Of a DNA stretch of 64,000 bases, positions 38,481 to 47,414 are shown in pieces (position 1 is the stretch's first letter; each line of letters opens with the position of its first letter). The notes below the pieces were generated by a model. That model saw nothing but the letters and a program-made list of their open reading frames with translations, did not search any database and was not told where the DNA came from. This DNA comes from an uncultured Oscillospiraceae bacterium (GTDB lineage Bacteria > Bacillota > Clostridia > Christensenellales > CAG-138): contig CAYXRF010000001.1 in NCBI GenBank assembly GCA_964467585.1, forward strand, positions 242,250-306,249. The letters run 5' to 3'. The translations under genes were made by a program, and so were the position numbers.

Positions 38481-39386
38481 TTGATTTATTGGCGGAGGCT
38501 TTCGGTGGAGGTATTGCTTTATTGTTTGGTCGGAACAGCAATATTTGCAGGCATTATTGTTTTGTGCGTGCTTTACATGACAGCGCCCGCAAAGGGCGAT
38601 GATACAATCCGCAGAAGACTTGAAGCATATCGGGGCGTTTGCTTTGCGCACAAAGGGCTTTACTCCTTAGATCAGACAATACCTGAGAATTCTATGCCCG
38701 CATTTGCTGCCGCGGTTGAAAACGGATACGGCGTTGATCTAGATATCCAAAGCACCAGAGACGATAAGATTATTTGCTTTTGCAACAGCCATATACGATC
38801 AGCCTGCGGTATTGACGAAATGCCGAGCGTGTTTAACTATGATCAGCTTCAAAAGCTGAAGCTTTTCGGTTCAGAAGAACATATTCCTCTGTTGAGCGAT
38901 GTGTTAAGCATGATAAACGGCAGGGTTCCCGTGATTATTGAAATCAAGTCGCCCGGAATACGGGGAGGACTTTGGACGCTGTGTGAAAGAGTGTACGACG
39001 TTTTGTGCCAATACAACGGTGAATATTGCATCGCAAGCTTTGATCCGCAGGTGCTGCGTTGGTTCAGAGAAAACGCCGAGGACGTGATACGAATGCAGGC
39101 GACCATGCAGTATTTTGACTGGAGAGACGAGCATACAAAAAAACTCAAAAGCTTTATATTAAGTCATTTGCTGAGCAACTGCATTTCCAGACCGCATATC
39201 GTTGCGTATAAAATTGGCAAGCAAAGCGTATCGGCGGCAAGATGCCGCAAGATGGGCGCTCCGCTTGTGCTGTACACTTCAAAGCAAGCACATCGACACG
39301 AAGAAATCATGTCACAATGCGACGCCATTGTATTTGAAGGTTATCATCCGCGCATTTGCAGGGATGCTGACTCACACAATGTGTGA
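38481..39386 (+). CDS. Membrane-anchored glycerophosphodiester phosphodiesterase (GDPD) family protein
   Basis: N-terminal TM segment, then FAHKGLY...IPENSMPAFAAAVENGYGVDLDIQ. The start is uncertain: TTG 38481, GTG 38505 or TTG 38514. Confidence 0.7.
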   Translation: MIYWRRLSVEVLLYCLVGTAIFAGIIVLCVLYMTAPAKGDDTIRRRLEAYRGVCFAHKGLYSLDQTIPENSMPAFAAAVENGYGVDLDIQSTRDDKIICFCNSHIRSACGIDEMPSVFNYDQLQKLKLFGSEEHIPLLSDVLSMINGRVPVIIEIKSPGIRGGLWTLCERVYDVLCQYNGEYCIASFDPQVLRWFRENAEDVIRMQATMQYFDWRDEHTKKLKSFILSHLLSNCISRPHIVAYKIGKQSVSAARCRKMGAPLVLYTSKQAHRHEEIMSQCDAIVFEGYHPRICRDADSHNV

Positions 39387-39400
39387 CAAGTATATATTGT

Positions 39401-39429
39401 TTGACAGAAGACGCATATAACTGTACAAT
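39401..39429 (+). promoter_or_regulatory. Sigma-A promoter upstream of the ACP gene
   Basis: TTGACA at 39401-39406, 17-nt spacer, TACAAT at 39424-39429. Confidence 0.6.
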
Positions 39430-39495
39430 GCTATTGTGACATTGTTTTTTATTTTGTCGCATATGTTTAATTATTTGGTATTATATGGAGGTCGT

Positions 39496-39714
39496 ATGGA
39501 TATTTACACAAAGATCTGCGGTGTTATCCATGAACTTGTCGGTATACCGACCGACAGTATTTCCCCAAGCAGCACTCTTGACGAACTCAATCTAAACTCG
39601 CTTGATATGGAGGAGCTTGTGCTTACCGTTGAGGAGGAATTTGATGTTTTGATTCCGGAGGACGACAAGATCGAAACTGTTGAGCAGCTTGTGCGCCTTG
39701 TCGCCGCTGCATAA
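39496..39714 (+). CDS. Stand-alone acyl carrier protein
   Basis: 72 aa. LNLNSLDMEELVLTVEEEFDVLIPEDD matches the ACP helix II phosphopantetheine-Ser motif. GGAGG precedes ATG 39496. Confidence 0.8.
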   Translation: MDIYTKICGVIHELVGIPTDSISPSSTLDELNLNSLDMEELVLTVEEEFDVLIPEDDKIETVEQLVRLVAAA

Positions 39715-39734
39715 CCGAACGTTTGCGCATTCAG

Positions 39735-39774
39735 CAAAAAACGGAACGCCGCCCATGAAAATTGGGGCGGCGTT
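39735..39774. terminator. Bidirectional terminator hairpin (ACP / SPFH genes)
   Basis: 11-bp stem gaacgccgccc/gggcggcgttc. An A6 run upstream gives a T-run for the minus-strand gene. Confidence 0.75.
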
Positions 39775-39798
39775 CTTGTCAGTATAAAATGTACTCAA

Positions 39799-41202
39799 TC
39801 ACTTTATATCGTTATCGTCGAAAGGGTCGCCACATTCCGGGCAGAATTTGGGAGGCTTTGTAGGATCCTTTGGTTCCCAACCACACTTATCGCAACGGTA
39901 TAGCGGAGCATCCGCAGGCTTTTTTGCGCCGCACTCCGCGCAGAACTTACCCTTGTTGACAACGCCGCATGCGCAAGTCCATCCTTTAGTGGCTTCGGGC
40001 ATTTTTGCGCCGCAGTTATCGCAGAATTTACCTGTGTTGGTGGTGCCGCAAGCGCATTTCCAGCTGTTTGTCGATGCGGCGGGAGCAGGCTTTGTTTTGC
40101 CGCAATTTTGGCAGAACTTTCCTGTGTTAACTGTGCCGCATTCACAAGTCCAACCATTTGCCGGAGCTGCTGCAGGCTGTTGCTGCTGCTGTTGTGCGCC
40201 CATCTGATAGAGCGACTGCGCATTCATGCCGCCGGCATTCGTTGCCATATTCATACCGGCAAACGCCATCATGGGACCTGTGCTCTCATTCTTTGCGGCA
40301 TCCTGCATAGCCTGAGCCTGCGCGCCAACAAGATGAGCCGCCGCCATATTGGGATTGCGGAACACGGCGTTCTTCTGAAGCTCTTTGATGGTTTTCTCGT
40401 CCTCAGGATTCGCAGTTACAGAGCTAACGCCGAAGTTTGCGATTGATATTCCGCGGAACTCGCTCCACTTAGCGGAAAGCTCTTTGTTCATAGCCTCGGA
40501 AAGCTCGGTTGTGTGTCCGGGGAGCGCACTGTAACGTATACCCATCTCAGAAATATGGGCAAATGCAGGCTGCAAGGCTGTAAGAAGCTCGCTCTTTAAC
40601 TGGCTGTCCAGCCTGTCGCGTGTGTAGCTGTCAGTAACATTACCGCAAACATTGCGATAGAACAGAATAGGGTCAGTGACCTTATATGAATATTCTCCGA
40701 AGCATCTTATCGATATATCCATATCGAGACCAATGTTGTTGTCCACAACACGGAAGGGGACGGGGTTGGCCGTGCCATATTTGTTGCCGATTATCTCCTT
40801 GGTGTTGAAGTAGTATACACGCTGGTCCTTGCCGGGACTGCCGCCAAATTTTACTCTCTCCCACATACTTTTGAATGTCCCGACAATGTTCTTGCCAAGC
40901 TTACCATAGAATATGGAAGGCTCTGTTGAAGAATCATAGCGGAACTCGCCGGGTTCTGCACACAGCTCAACCACATTGCCGTTGTCAACGATGATCATAC
41001 ATTGACCATCCGCAACCGCGATTACAGAACCGTTTGAGATGATGTTGTCCTCACCCTTTGTATTGCTGCTGCGATTTGTTGTGCGTTTTTGACCTTTGAC
41101 CGCAAGCACTTTTTCAGAGATTGAGTCACAATAAAAATACTCAAGCCATGTGTCGGCAAGAGTGCCCCCGACCGCCCCGATCGCCGCTTTAATAAGTCCC
41201 AT
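39799..41202 (-). CDS. SPFH-domain protein of the YdjI / COG4260 type with four C-terminal zinc ribbons
   Basis: MGLIKAAIGAVGGTLADTWLEYFYCD... N-terminus as in YdjI-like proteins. A Gln/Ala-rich linker, then the zinc-ribbon array. Confidence 0.75.
   Translation of the reverse strand: MGLIKAAIGAVGGTLADTWLEYFYCDSISEKVLAVKGQKRTTNRSSNTKGEDNIISNGSVIAVADGQCMIIVDNGNVVELCAEPGEFRYDSSTEPSIFYGKLGKNIVGTFKSMWERVKFGGSPGKDQRVYYFNTKEIIGNKYGTANPVPFRVVDNNIGLDMDISIRCFGEYSYKVTDPILFYRNVCGNVTDSYTRDRLDSQLKSELLTALQPAFAHISEMGIRYSALPGHTTELSEAMNKELSAKWSEFRGISIANFGVSSVTANPEDEKTIKELQKNAVFRNPNMAAAHLVGAQAQAMQDAAKNESTGPMMAFAGMNMATNAGGMNAQSLYQMGAQQQQQQPAAAPANGWTCECGTVNTGKFCQNCGKTKPAPAASTNSWKCACGTTNTGKFCDNCGAKMPEATKGWTCACGVVNKGKFCAECGAKKPADAPLYRCDKCGWEPKDPTKPPKFCPECGDPFDDNDIK
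39802..40155 (-). repeat. Tandem zinc-ribbon coding repeats
   Basis: GWTCECGTVNTGKFCQNCGKTKP / SWKCACGTTNTGKFCDNCGAKMP / GWTCACGVVNKGKFCAECGAKKP, plus the divergent YRCDKCGW...FCPECGDPF. Confidence 0.9.
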
Positions 41203-41261
41203 AACTATACTCCTTTCGGTATTTGCATAGATAATTGCCGCTGCAATCTATATCAATGCTA

Positions 41262-41290
41262 ATTATCCGACATTATTCTGTATTTGTCAA
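41262..41290 (-). promoter_or_regulatory. Promoter of the SPFH gene
   Basis: On the minus strand: TTGACA (41290-41285), 17-nt spacer, GATAAT (41267-41262). Confidence 0.55.
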
Positions 41291-41312
41291 CACAAACACG
41301 TATATTATTTTC

Positions 41313-44300
41313 TCAATCAATACCCAGTCTGTGGCTGACAGCGCGCAGCTCAGCGGTAATCGAACGCATTTCCGCTTCATATGGGTTTATGGCTGCGATC
41401 TCTGCTTCAAGCGCAGATTCATCCTGCTTAAGCTGCTCAAGCCGTGAATTAACATCCTCCAGCTTTTTAGGCATCCCATTTATTGCGTTGTCAATTCTGA
41501 CGGCGATACCCTGTGCGCTGTCACTCGGTTCAACAGTATATGACGCCATGCCCTTTATAAGCAGAACACGACGCAAGCCCGAGACGTCAACCGTCAAATA
41601 AAGCGGGAATCCGCGAAATGCACCGATGCAAACGGGCTGTTTAATGTATGCATTTTCATCAAGCAGTTCCAAAAGCCTTTCACCCGCATCACGGCGGCGC
41701 AGGAAAATTTCGCCGCCAAGCTCCAATGTGTATGGCTCGTTAGGATTATTTTTTGCCGTTTTAATATCCGCTTCATACATATCAATCATAGTGATAAGCT
41801 GCCGTTCGCGCTGCGGAAGCTGCAAAAGCTGCTCACGCGCACTATCCTTTGCTCTGTCAATACGCGCTCTGAGCATTGCCTTTCGCTGCAGCTCGGTTTC
41901 AAGCTCAATACGACGCTTTATGAGCGGATTGCCCACAGCAAGGGATTTAACCTCGCTGTATGTGAGAACAACCTCGTCAACCTCATCGCCTGATCTTTCG
42001 GGATGGTCGCCGTTAACAATTTGAGAGATAAACCTTTGCTTATTCTCCAGAAGCTGCCATGAGTAGGCGTCGAAGCTTCCGTTGGTAATGTAGCGGTATA
42101 TGGCAACCTCATCGTTTCGGTTCCCCTGGCGGAGCATACGTCCTTCTCTTTGAGTGACGTCGGAAGGTCGCCACGGTATGTCAAGATGATGAACGGCCCA
42201 AAGATTTTCCTGAACATTTGCGCCAATTCCAAGCTTAAAGGTTGAGCCAACAAGTATACGCACAACTCCCTTTCGTACCTTGTTAAAAAGAGCGGTTCGC
42301 ATAGAATCGTTTGCGGCGTCATGCACAAAAGCTATTTCATCGGAAGGAATCCCTCGTTGACACAGCTTGGACTTCAAGTCATCATACAGGTTAAACCCAT
42401 CCTTGGGCGTGGATTGGTCAAGAAACACAAGCTGTGTAATTGTGCTTACGGAAGACCAGATTTTGTAGACGTTATCAACGCATGTGTTCAGCTTTGAGCT
42501 TGGGCTATCCTCTGCACATGGATCGACAAGACGCATATCCAAAGCAGCTTTTCGACCGTCTGTGGTAATCTTGAGCATATTATCTTCCGTGCGGGGAACA
42601 ATTCCGCTCTTAACGCGTTCTGCGCGAAGCGCCAACTCGGCAATATACTTGCGCAGCGCATCGGTGGCGGGCACGATACAATTGCAATAGTGAATATTCG
42701 TCGGCAAATGCTGTTCATCGTCACCCGTGAAATGAAGGTCTGCTATATCAGATAAAAGCAAAGAAAGCTCAGGAAGATTATGATACTTGCTTAGCCGACG
42801 GCGAAGCCTGTAGCCTACGCCGTTCGCCTCGACCTCAAACTCTTCAGTTACTTCAGAAAAAAGCTTTACCCAGTTATCAAACTCAAGAAGATTCATTTCC
42901 TCGAGCCGTTCATGTGCAAGATAAAGCAGCATTGTGTAAAGGTCGGATACGGAGTTAGTAATAGGGGTACCCGTTGCAAAGACAACGCCGCGGCCATTAT
43001 GACTTCTTTGAGTGAACCTAACCTTTGCCAGAAGGTCATCGCACCGTTTTGAGCCTTTGGTGTTGAGCCCCGGCAACGTGCCATGCTTTGTTTCAATGCT
43101 TATGTTTTTAAAATTGTGCGCCTCGTCAACAATCAGTGTGTCAATACCGAGGTCGTCAAAGCAAACCTCTCCTTCAGGGACGGGCGGTTCATCATCCCAA
43201 AGCTTTTGAAGCCTGCGTTCAATGCGCGATGCATAGCGGTTAAGCACCATATATGCATCGTTGTAAACGGCGTCGTGCATTGTTTTTGATATTTCTGAAA
43301 GGGTATCTACAAGCTCCTTCTCTCTTTCCCTTCTGGATAAGGGTATGAGTGAGAAGCTTCCGTATCCGATAATGATTGCATCGCTTTCCTGCGTGCGTAT
43401 TTCATCAAGAACATGTGCTCGGCGTGCGGGAGTAAAATCCTTTGGTTCGACAACCATAAGCTTTGCTTCGGGATAGAGACGCAAAAACTCAGAGTGCCAT
43501 TGGTCGAGAATATTGTTTGGCACGACAATCATATTTCTTTTGGATATGCCCGTGCGCCTAAGCTCCATTGCGGCGGCTGCAAGAGCGTATGTTTTGCCGG
43601 CGCCCACCTGATGCGCAAGCAGCGTGTTCTTTGAATTTACTATACGGCATATGGCGTCAAGCTGATATTTTTGAAGCTGTATATCGGGATTCTTCCCGGG
43701 GAGAGCAAGCTTCCCGCCATCGTACACGCGAGGACGCACAGCGCCAAAGCATTCATTGTAAAGGTTAACCAACCGCTCTCTGCGGTTTTTATCATGAAAT
43801 ATCCAGAGAGAAAATTTTTCTGCGATAAGCTTCATCCGTTCCTGCGCGATAAGCGTTTCAGCCCGATTGATTCTGCGGACAGGAGTAGTTTTGTTGTACG
43901 GAAAAATCGTATCATAAACGATAACCTCACGGGAATTGAGCATTCGGTCAATTATCTCAAATGCGTTCATGCGATCTGTCCCGTAAGTAAGCTTTGCCCT
44001 GGTATATTCTGAATAAATCTTTTTGCCATGGATAATGTAATGATTTGCGGGACGGACGTATTCCACCATAATACGAGGTTTTTTGCCGCCAATCGGCTTT
44101 ATTCCGATAAGTGCGATTATGAAGTCGCGATAAACCCATGCGGGTATCCACGGACTTCCTATTGAGATTTTAATCTCATCCGCCTTAACAAGACGAGGCA
44201 TAACGCTGTCAAGCGCATTAATATTTACATCGTAATCAACTTCAAAGCCACGGTCGGGCGCACCGAATTCGGCTTCACTCTTTTTTGCCATGTTTGCTCG

Positions 44301-44528
44301 GTTGCGCTTTTTCAAAACGTTGCCGGAAAGGTATTCATCAGACGAAACCGGTCTGTTTGCCTCGGGATCAAAGTAAATTAAACCCACCAGCTCTGCATAG
44401 GCGTCATGCAGAGAAAGACCGGAGTATCCACATATGAGCTGTATATCGACGCAGCCGCGCATAAACAGCGAAAGCTCCAGTGCGTCTTCCACACTCATCG
44501 TGCCTGTCAGTTTAGCACACTTATCCAA
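41313..44528 (-). CDS. SNF2-family (SF2) helicase, 1071 aa, with N-terminal linker-like region and C-terminal coiled coil
   Basis: LLAHQVGAGKTY (motif I), LIVDEAHNFKN (motif II), a helicase-C region, and REGRMLRQGN (motif VI). The TTG start at 44528 has a GAGGT RBS and overlaps the PHP gene by 8 nt. Confidence 0.85.
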   Translation of the reverse strand: MDKCAKLTGTMSVEDALELSLFMRGCVDIQLICGYSGLSLHDAYAELVGLIYFDPEANRPVSSDEYLSGNVLKKRNRANMAKKSEAEFGAPDRGFEVDYDVNINALDSVMPRLVKADEIKISIGSPWIPAWVYRDFIIALIGIKPIGGKKPRIMVEYVRPANHYIIHGKKIYSEYTRAKLTYGTDRMNAFEIIDRMLNSREVIVYDTIFPYNKTTPVRRINRAETLIAQERMKLIAEKFSLWIFHDKNRRERLVNLYNECFGAVRPRVYDGGKLALPGKNPDIQLQKYQLDAICRIVNSKNTLLAHQVGAGKTYALAAAAMELRRTGISKRNMIVVPNNILDQWHSEFLRLYPEAKLMVVEPKDFTPARRAHVLDEIRTQESDAIIIGYGSFSLIPLSRREREKELVDTLSEISKTMHDAVYNDAYMVLNRYASRIERRLQKLWDDEPPVPEGEVCFDDLGIDTLIVDEAHNFKNISIETKHGTLPGLNTKGSKRCDDLLAKVRFTQRSHNGRGVVFATGTPITNSVSDLYTMLLYLAHERLEEMNLLEFDNWVKLFSEVTEEFEVEANGVGYRLRRRLSKYHNLPELSLLLSDIADLHFTGDDEQHLPTNIHYCNCIVPATDALRKYIAELALRAERVKSGIVPRTEDNMLKITTDGRKAALDMRLVDPCAEDSPSSKLNTCVDNVYKIWSSVSTITQLVFLDQSTPKDGFNLYDDLKSKLCQRGIPSDEIAFVHDAANDSMRTALFNKVRKGVVRILVGSTFKLGIGANVQENLWAVHHLDIPWRPSDVTQREGRMLRQGNRNDEVAIYRYITNGSFDAYSWQLLENKQRFISQIVNGDHPERSGDEVDEVVLTYSEVKSLAVGNPLIKRRIELETELQRKAMLRARIDRAKDSAREQLLQLPQRERQLITMIDMYEADIKTAKNNPNEPYTLELGGEIFLRRRDAGERLLELLDENAYIKQPVCIGAFRGFPLYLTVDVSGLRRVLLIKGMASYTVEPSDSAQGIAVRIDNAINGMPKKLEDVNSRLEQLKQDESALEAEIAAINPYEAEMRSITAELRAVSHRLGID

Positions 44529-45339
44529 TTCTTACCTCATCAATCGGAATAAAACGCGGAGTTAACCCACGAAAGGTCGTAATGTACTTAAAACCTGCTG
44601 CAGCGATCAGGTCAACTGCCTCATTCAATCGCCTACCCATGTTTTCCGGACGATGTGCATCTGAACCTATCGTAATAATCCTGCCGCCAAGCTCGTGATA
44701 TCGAGAGATAATGTCCAAACCCCATGCATCGGAGCTTCGCCACGCGCCCGAATTAACCTCAATACCTTTGCCGTTCTCAATCAAATACGTAAACAGTTCA
44801 TCAAAAAGCTCAGGAGCGTCCGAATAACGCACCGCTCTGTCTGCATACGGAGAAAACTTTGCGCAAAAATCATAGTGACCGATTACGGAATACATTGAGC
44901 AGCATTTTGCGGACGCAACAACCTGTTCCAAATAGCGACGGTATGCATATGCTCTTGTTTTGCCTGCAAAATATTCCGGATAATAGCAATCAAAGCCATC
45001 GCATTGGTGTACGGAACCAATAATAAAATCCATGGGAGCAACACTTTTTATGCTGTTAAGATAGCTAACCGCACGAGTTGCCGCATCTGCGTCCGAAAGC
45101 CCAAGCTCAACACCGGAAAGCACCATTACGCCCTTGGTATCCAGTGAATCAAACGCAGCATTTCTCAAGGCTATGTCGGCAATGGCAGGTGCGTTGGGAT
45201 TGCTCTCGGCGTAGTCAAAATCAACATGGTCAGTAAAGCAAAGCTCGTTAATGCCGCATTGTATCGCGGCGTCAATCTGTGCCTGCGGCGCAGCTTCGCA
45301 ATCGAAGGAAGCGCTGCAGTGAACATGGTAATCAATCAT
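44521..45339 (-). CDS. HisJ-family histidinol-phosphatase-like PHP domain protein
   Basis: MIDYHVHCSASFDC...CFTDHVDFDY...GSVHQ...VIGHYDF...GSDAH metal-ligand pattern of PHP/HisJ. Confidence 0.8.
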   Translation of the reverse strand: MIDYHVHCSASFDCEAAPQAQIDAAIQCGINELCFTDHVDFDYAESNPNAPAIADIALRNAAFDSLDTKGVMVLSGVELGLSDADAATRAVSYLNSIKSVAPMDFIIGSVHQCDGFDCYYPEYFAGKTRAYAYRRYLEQVVASAKCCSMYSVIGHYDFCAKFSPYADRAVRYSDAPELFDELFTYLIENGKGIEVNSGAWRSSDAWGLDIISRYHELGGRIITIGSDAHRPENMGRRLNEAVDLIAAAGFKYITTFRGLTPRFIPIDEVRIG

Positions 45340-45389
45340 AAACTCTCCTTAATCCCAAGCGGCGCAACAACCTGCTTGCTGAGTTTGGA

Positions 45390-45418
45390 ATTATAACACA
45401 AAACGCAACATTTTTCAA
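45390..45418 (-). promoter_or_regulatory. Promoter of the PHP-helicase operon
   Basis: On the minus strand: TTGAAA (45418-45413), 17-nt spacer, TATAAT (45395-45390). Confidence 0.6.
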
Positions 45419-45611
45419 TACCTTTTACTGCAATTATGTAAGCTCGTTCAAAAAAGCACACAGCAAGGTTGTATTTCCTCCGTCAGGCATTAACTTAACG
45501 CGTAAAACACATTGTAACCCAAAAAGAAAACACTTTATTATTCGCATTACATGTGGTATATTGATGCTGTGTTGGTGTGTGATATATGCAACAATGCTTT
45601 TGAGGTGACAT

Positions 45612-46235
45612 ATGGCGAAAAAGAGCGACAGCAAAAAAAGAAAAGATACGCTAATGAAGATACTCATTCCGACGTTAAGCGTTTTTGCCGTTGGGGTGTA
45701 TGTTGCTGTGAGTATTCTTGCCAATGGTCAACAGATCGCATCAACCTCGTATACAGCCGAGCCGACTGTCAATCCGGACCCATGCGTTGAATATGCAAAA
45801 AAGATTGTTGCATACGGGTATGCGGACAAATATGTCGCGCTTGATAACGGTGTTTCTCTGTCAGTAAATACAAACGATGAGGACAATTACGGCGTGATGC
45901 AGGTATATGTAAAAAACAGACTTGTATGTTTTTCTCTTTCACTATCCTCTCCGCAGTATCAAAGCTATGATAACAGCGAGATAGGCGCATTGCTTGACAG
46001 CATAACAAACGACGAAGCTAAGAAAACAACGGAGCTTTTATGCGATATTATTACTGACTTTGTAAGTGCTCTGCCCAATGTATCCATTACAGATTCATTT
46101 GATTCGCAGCTAAACCATGCACTGACTGACGTATTAAAAAATGGCAAAAAAGCATCTGACGCCATAATATGCGGGATATATATTATCCGCATAACAACTG
46201 ACGATGGTATGCTGTGTGTAACCGCAGAACCGTAA
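45612..46235 (+). CDS. Hypothetical membrane-anchored protein
   Basis: GAGGTG RBS. Lys-rich N-terminus, one TM (ILIPTLSVFAVGVYVAVSIL), then a ~150-aa extracytoplasmic domain with no motif I recognise. Confidence 0.5.
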   Translation: MAKKSDSKKRKDTLMKILIPTLSVFAVGVYVAVSILANGQQIASTSYTAEPTVNPDPCVEYAKKIVAYGYADKYVALDNGVSLSVNTNDEDNYGVMQVYVKNRLVCFSLSLSSPQYQSYDNSEIGALLDSITNDEAKKTTELLCDIITDFVSALPNVSITDSFDSQLNHALTDVLKNGKKASDAIICGIYIIRITTDDGMLCVTAEP

Positions 46236-46324
46236 TATATAAAAAAATCTGTTTCTATGTGGTATAATAACACGAGCTTAACAGCATGGAGCGATTGGAC
46301 GCTCTGTGTTCATAGGGGGTTAAT

Positions 46325-47362
46325 ATGACTGCTGAAAAAGACAATGTACAGAACTACTGGATACCTTGCGCGCTTGTTTCTTTGGCGCTGTGCATCGCAT
46401 CGTTTTTTTTGCCGTGGACTGTAAACGAAGGCTTTTCGATATTTGAAGTCGACATACCCTATCTAAAGCCTGTGCTGGTTTTTGCAGGATTGTCCGCTCT
46501 GCTGCTTGCGATAGGCGTCTTCTGTGAGCGCAAAGCTATTATAAGAGCTTTCGCCGTAGCTTTTTCCGCCTCTGCGGTTGTGATTGTTGTTCTGTTTCTT
46601 GTGGAGTTGAGCGCGTCCAACCTTGGGATCGGCATATGGCTGCTGGTGTTATTTGCTTTTGTGCTTTGCTTCTCGTGCTTTAAGGCAACTGCGCCTAAGC
46701 AGGCGCCTAAGCCAACCGATGTACGCCGCCTTTGCATGAGCGCATTGTTCGTGGCTCTTGTTATCATTATGGCGCTGACGCCTCTGGGGTATATGCGCGT
46801 AGGTGCCCTTTCAATAAGCTTTCTGATGCTGCCGGTTGTCCTCGGCTCAATATTGCTTGGTCCTTGGACGGGCGCAATGCTCGGCTTCATATTCGGTATA
46901 ACAAGCTTTGCGCAATGCTTCGGTATTGATCCTTTCGGAACAGCACTGGCGTCGATTAACCCGTTTTACACGGCGATACTTTGCTTCATTCCCCGCATAC
47001 TTGCCGGTTTGCTTCCGGGCTATATTTTCAAGGCAATCAACTCAAGCAATAGGGGAAAGATTATCGCCTATCCGATCGCAAGCTTATCCGGAGCTTTGCT
47101 CAATACAATACTGTTTGTTGGCGCATTGATGCTTTTGTTTGGCAACTGCGACTACATAAAAGACTTTGGCAATTCTGTTTGGGCTATCGTATGGCTGCTT
47201 GTTGGCATCAATGGTATTGTTGAGGCTGTCGTCTGCTGTATAGCGGGCGGAGCTATTGCCAAGGTGCTTGATATGTTTGTGTTCAAGCGGGGGCGTCGTT
47301 CAACAGTCAAGACAGAAGCTTCTCAAACAGATTCTGAAGCAAACAGCAACGAAGATATTTAG
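46325..47362 (+). CDS. ECF-transporter S-component-like protein with extra N-terminal 4-TM module
   Basis: The C-terminal ~210 aa (SALFVALVIIMALTPLGYMRVG...LPVVLGSILLGPWTGAMLGFIFG...) fits the ECF S-component pattern. The N-terminal ~130 aa add further TM helices. Confidence 0.6.
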   Translation: MTAEKDNVQNYWIPCALVSLALCIASFFLPWTVNEGFSIFEVDIPYLKPVLVFAGLSALLLAIGVFCERKAIIRAFAVAFSASAVVIVVLFLVELSASNLGIGIWLLVLFAFVLCFSCFKATAPKQAPKPTDVRRLCMSALFVALVIIMALTPLGYMRVGALSISFLMLPVVLGSILLGPWTGAMLGFIFGITSFAQCFGIDPFGTALASINPFYTAILCFIPRILAGLLPGYIFKAINSSNRGKIIAYPIASLSGALLNTILFVGALMLLFGNCDYIKDFGNSVWAIVWLLVGINGIVEAVVCCIAGGAIAKVLDMFVFKRGRRSTVKTEASQTDSEANSNEDI

Positions 47363-47380
47363 CTCATTGTTTTTGTATTT

Positions 47381-47414
47381 GACTGCCGCGGGAAGCTCCT
47401 TCGGCAGTCATTTT
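47381..47414. terminator. Bidirectional terminator hairpin
   Basis: Stem gactgccg/cggcagtc, followed by ATTTT. Confidence 0.65.

Noticed and set aside
39848-40446. Plus-strand ORFs (119 and 112 aa) with poly-Cys or poly-Leu runs.
   Set aside because: They are antisense to the zinc-ribbon/Gln-rich region of the SPFH gene. They are a repeat-driven artefact.
39799-45339. I tried to assign PHP + SNF2 helicase + SPFH to a named anti-phage defence system.
   Set aside because: The gene content does not fit the systems I can recall (DISARM, Zorya, Hachiman, Druantia, Mokosh, Ppl, BREX). The SPFH gene also has its own promoter. The locus is kept only as an open question in the findings.
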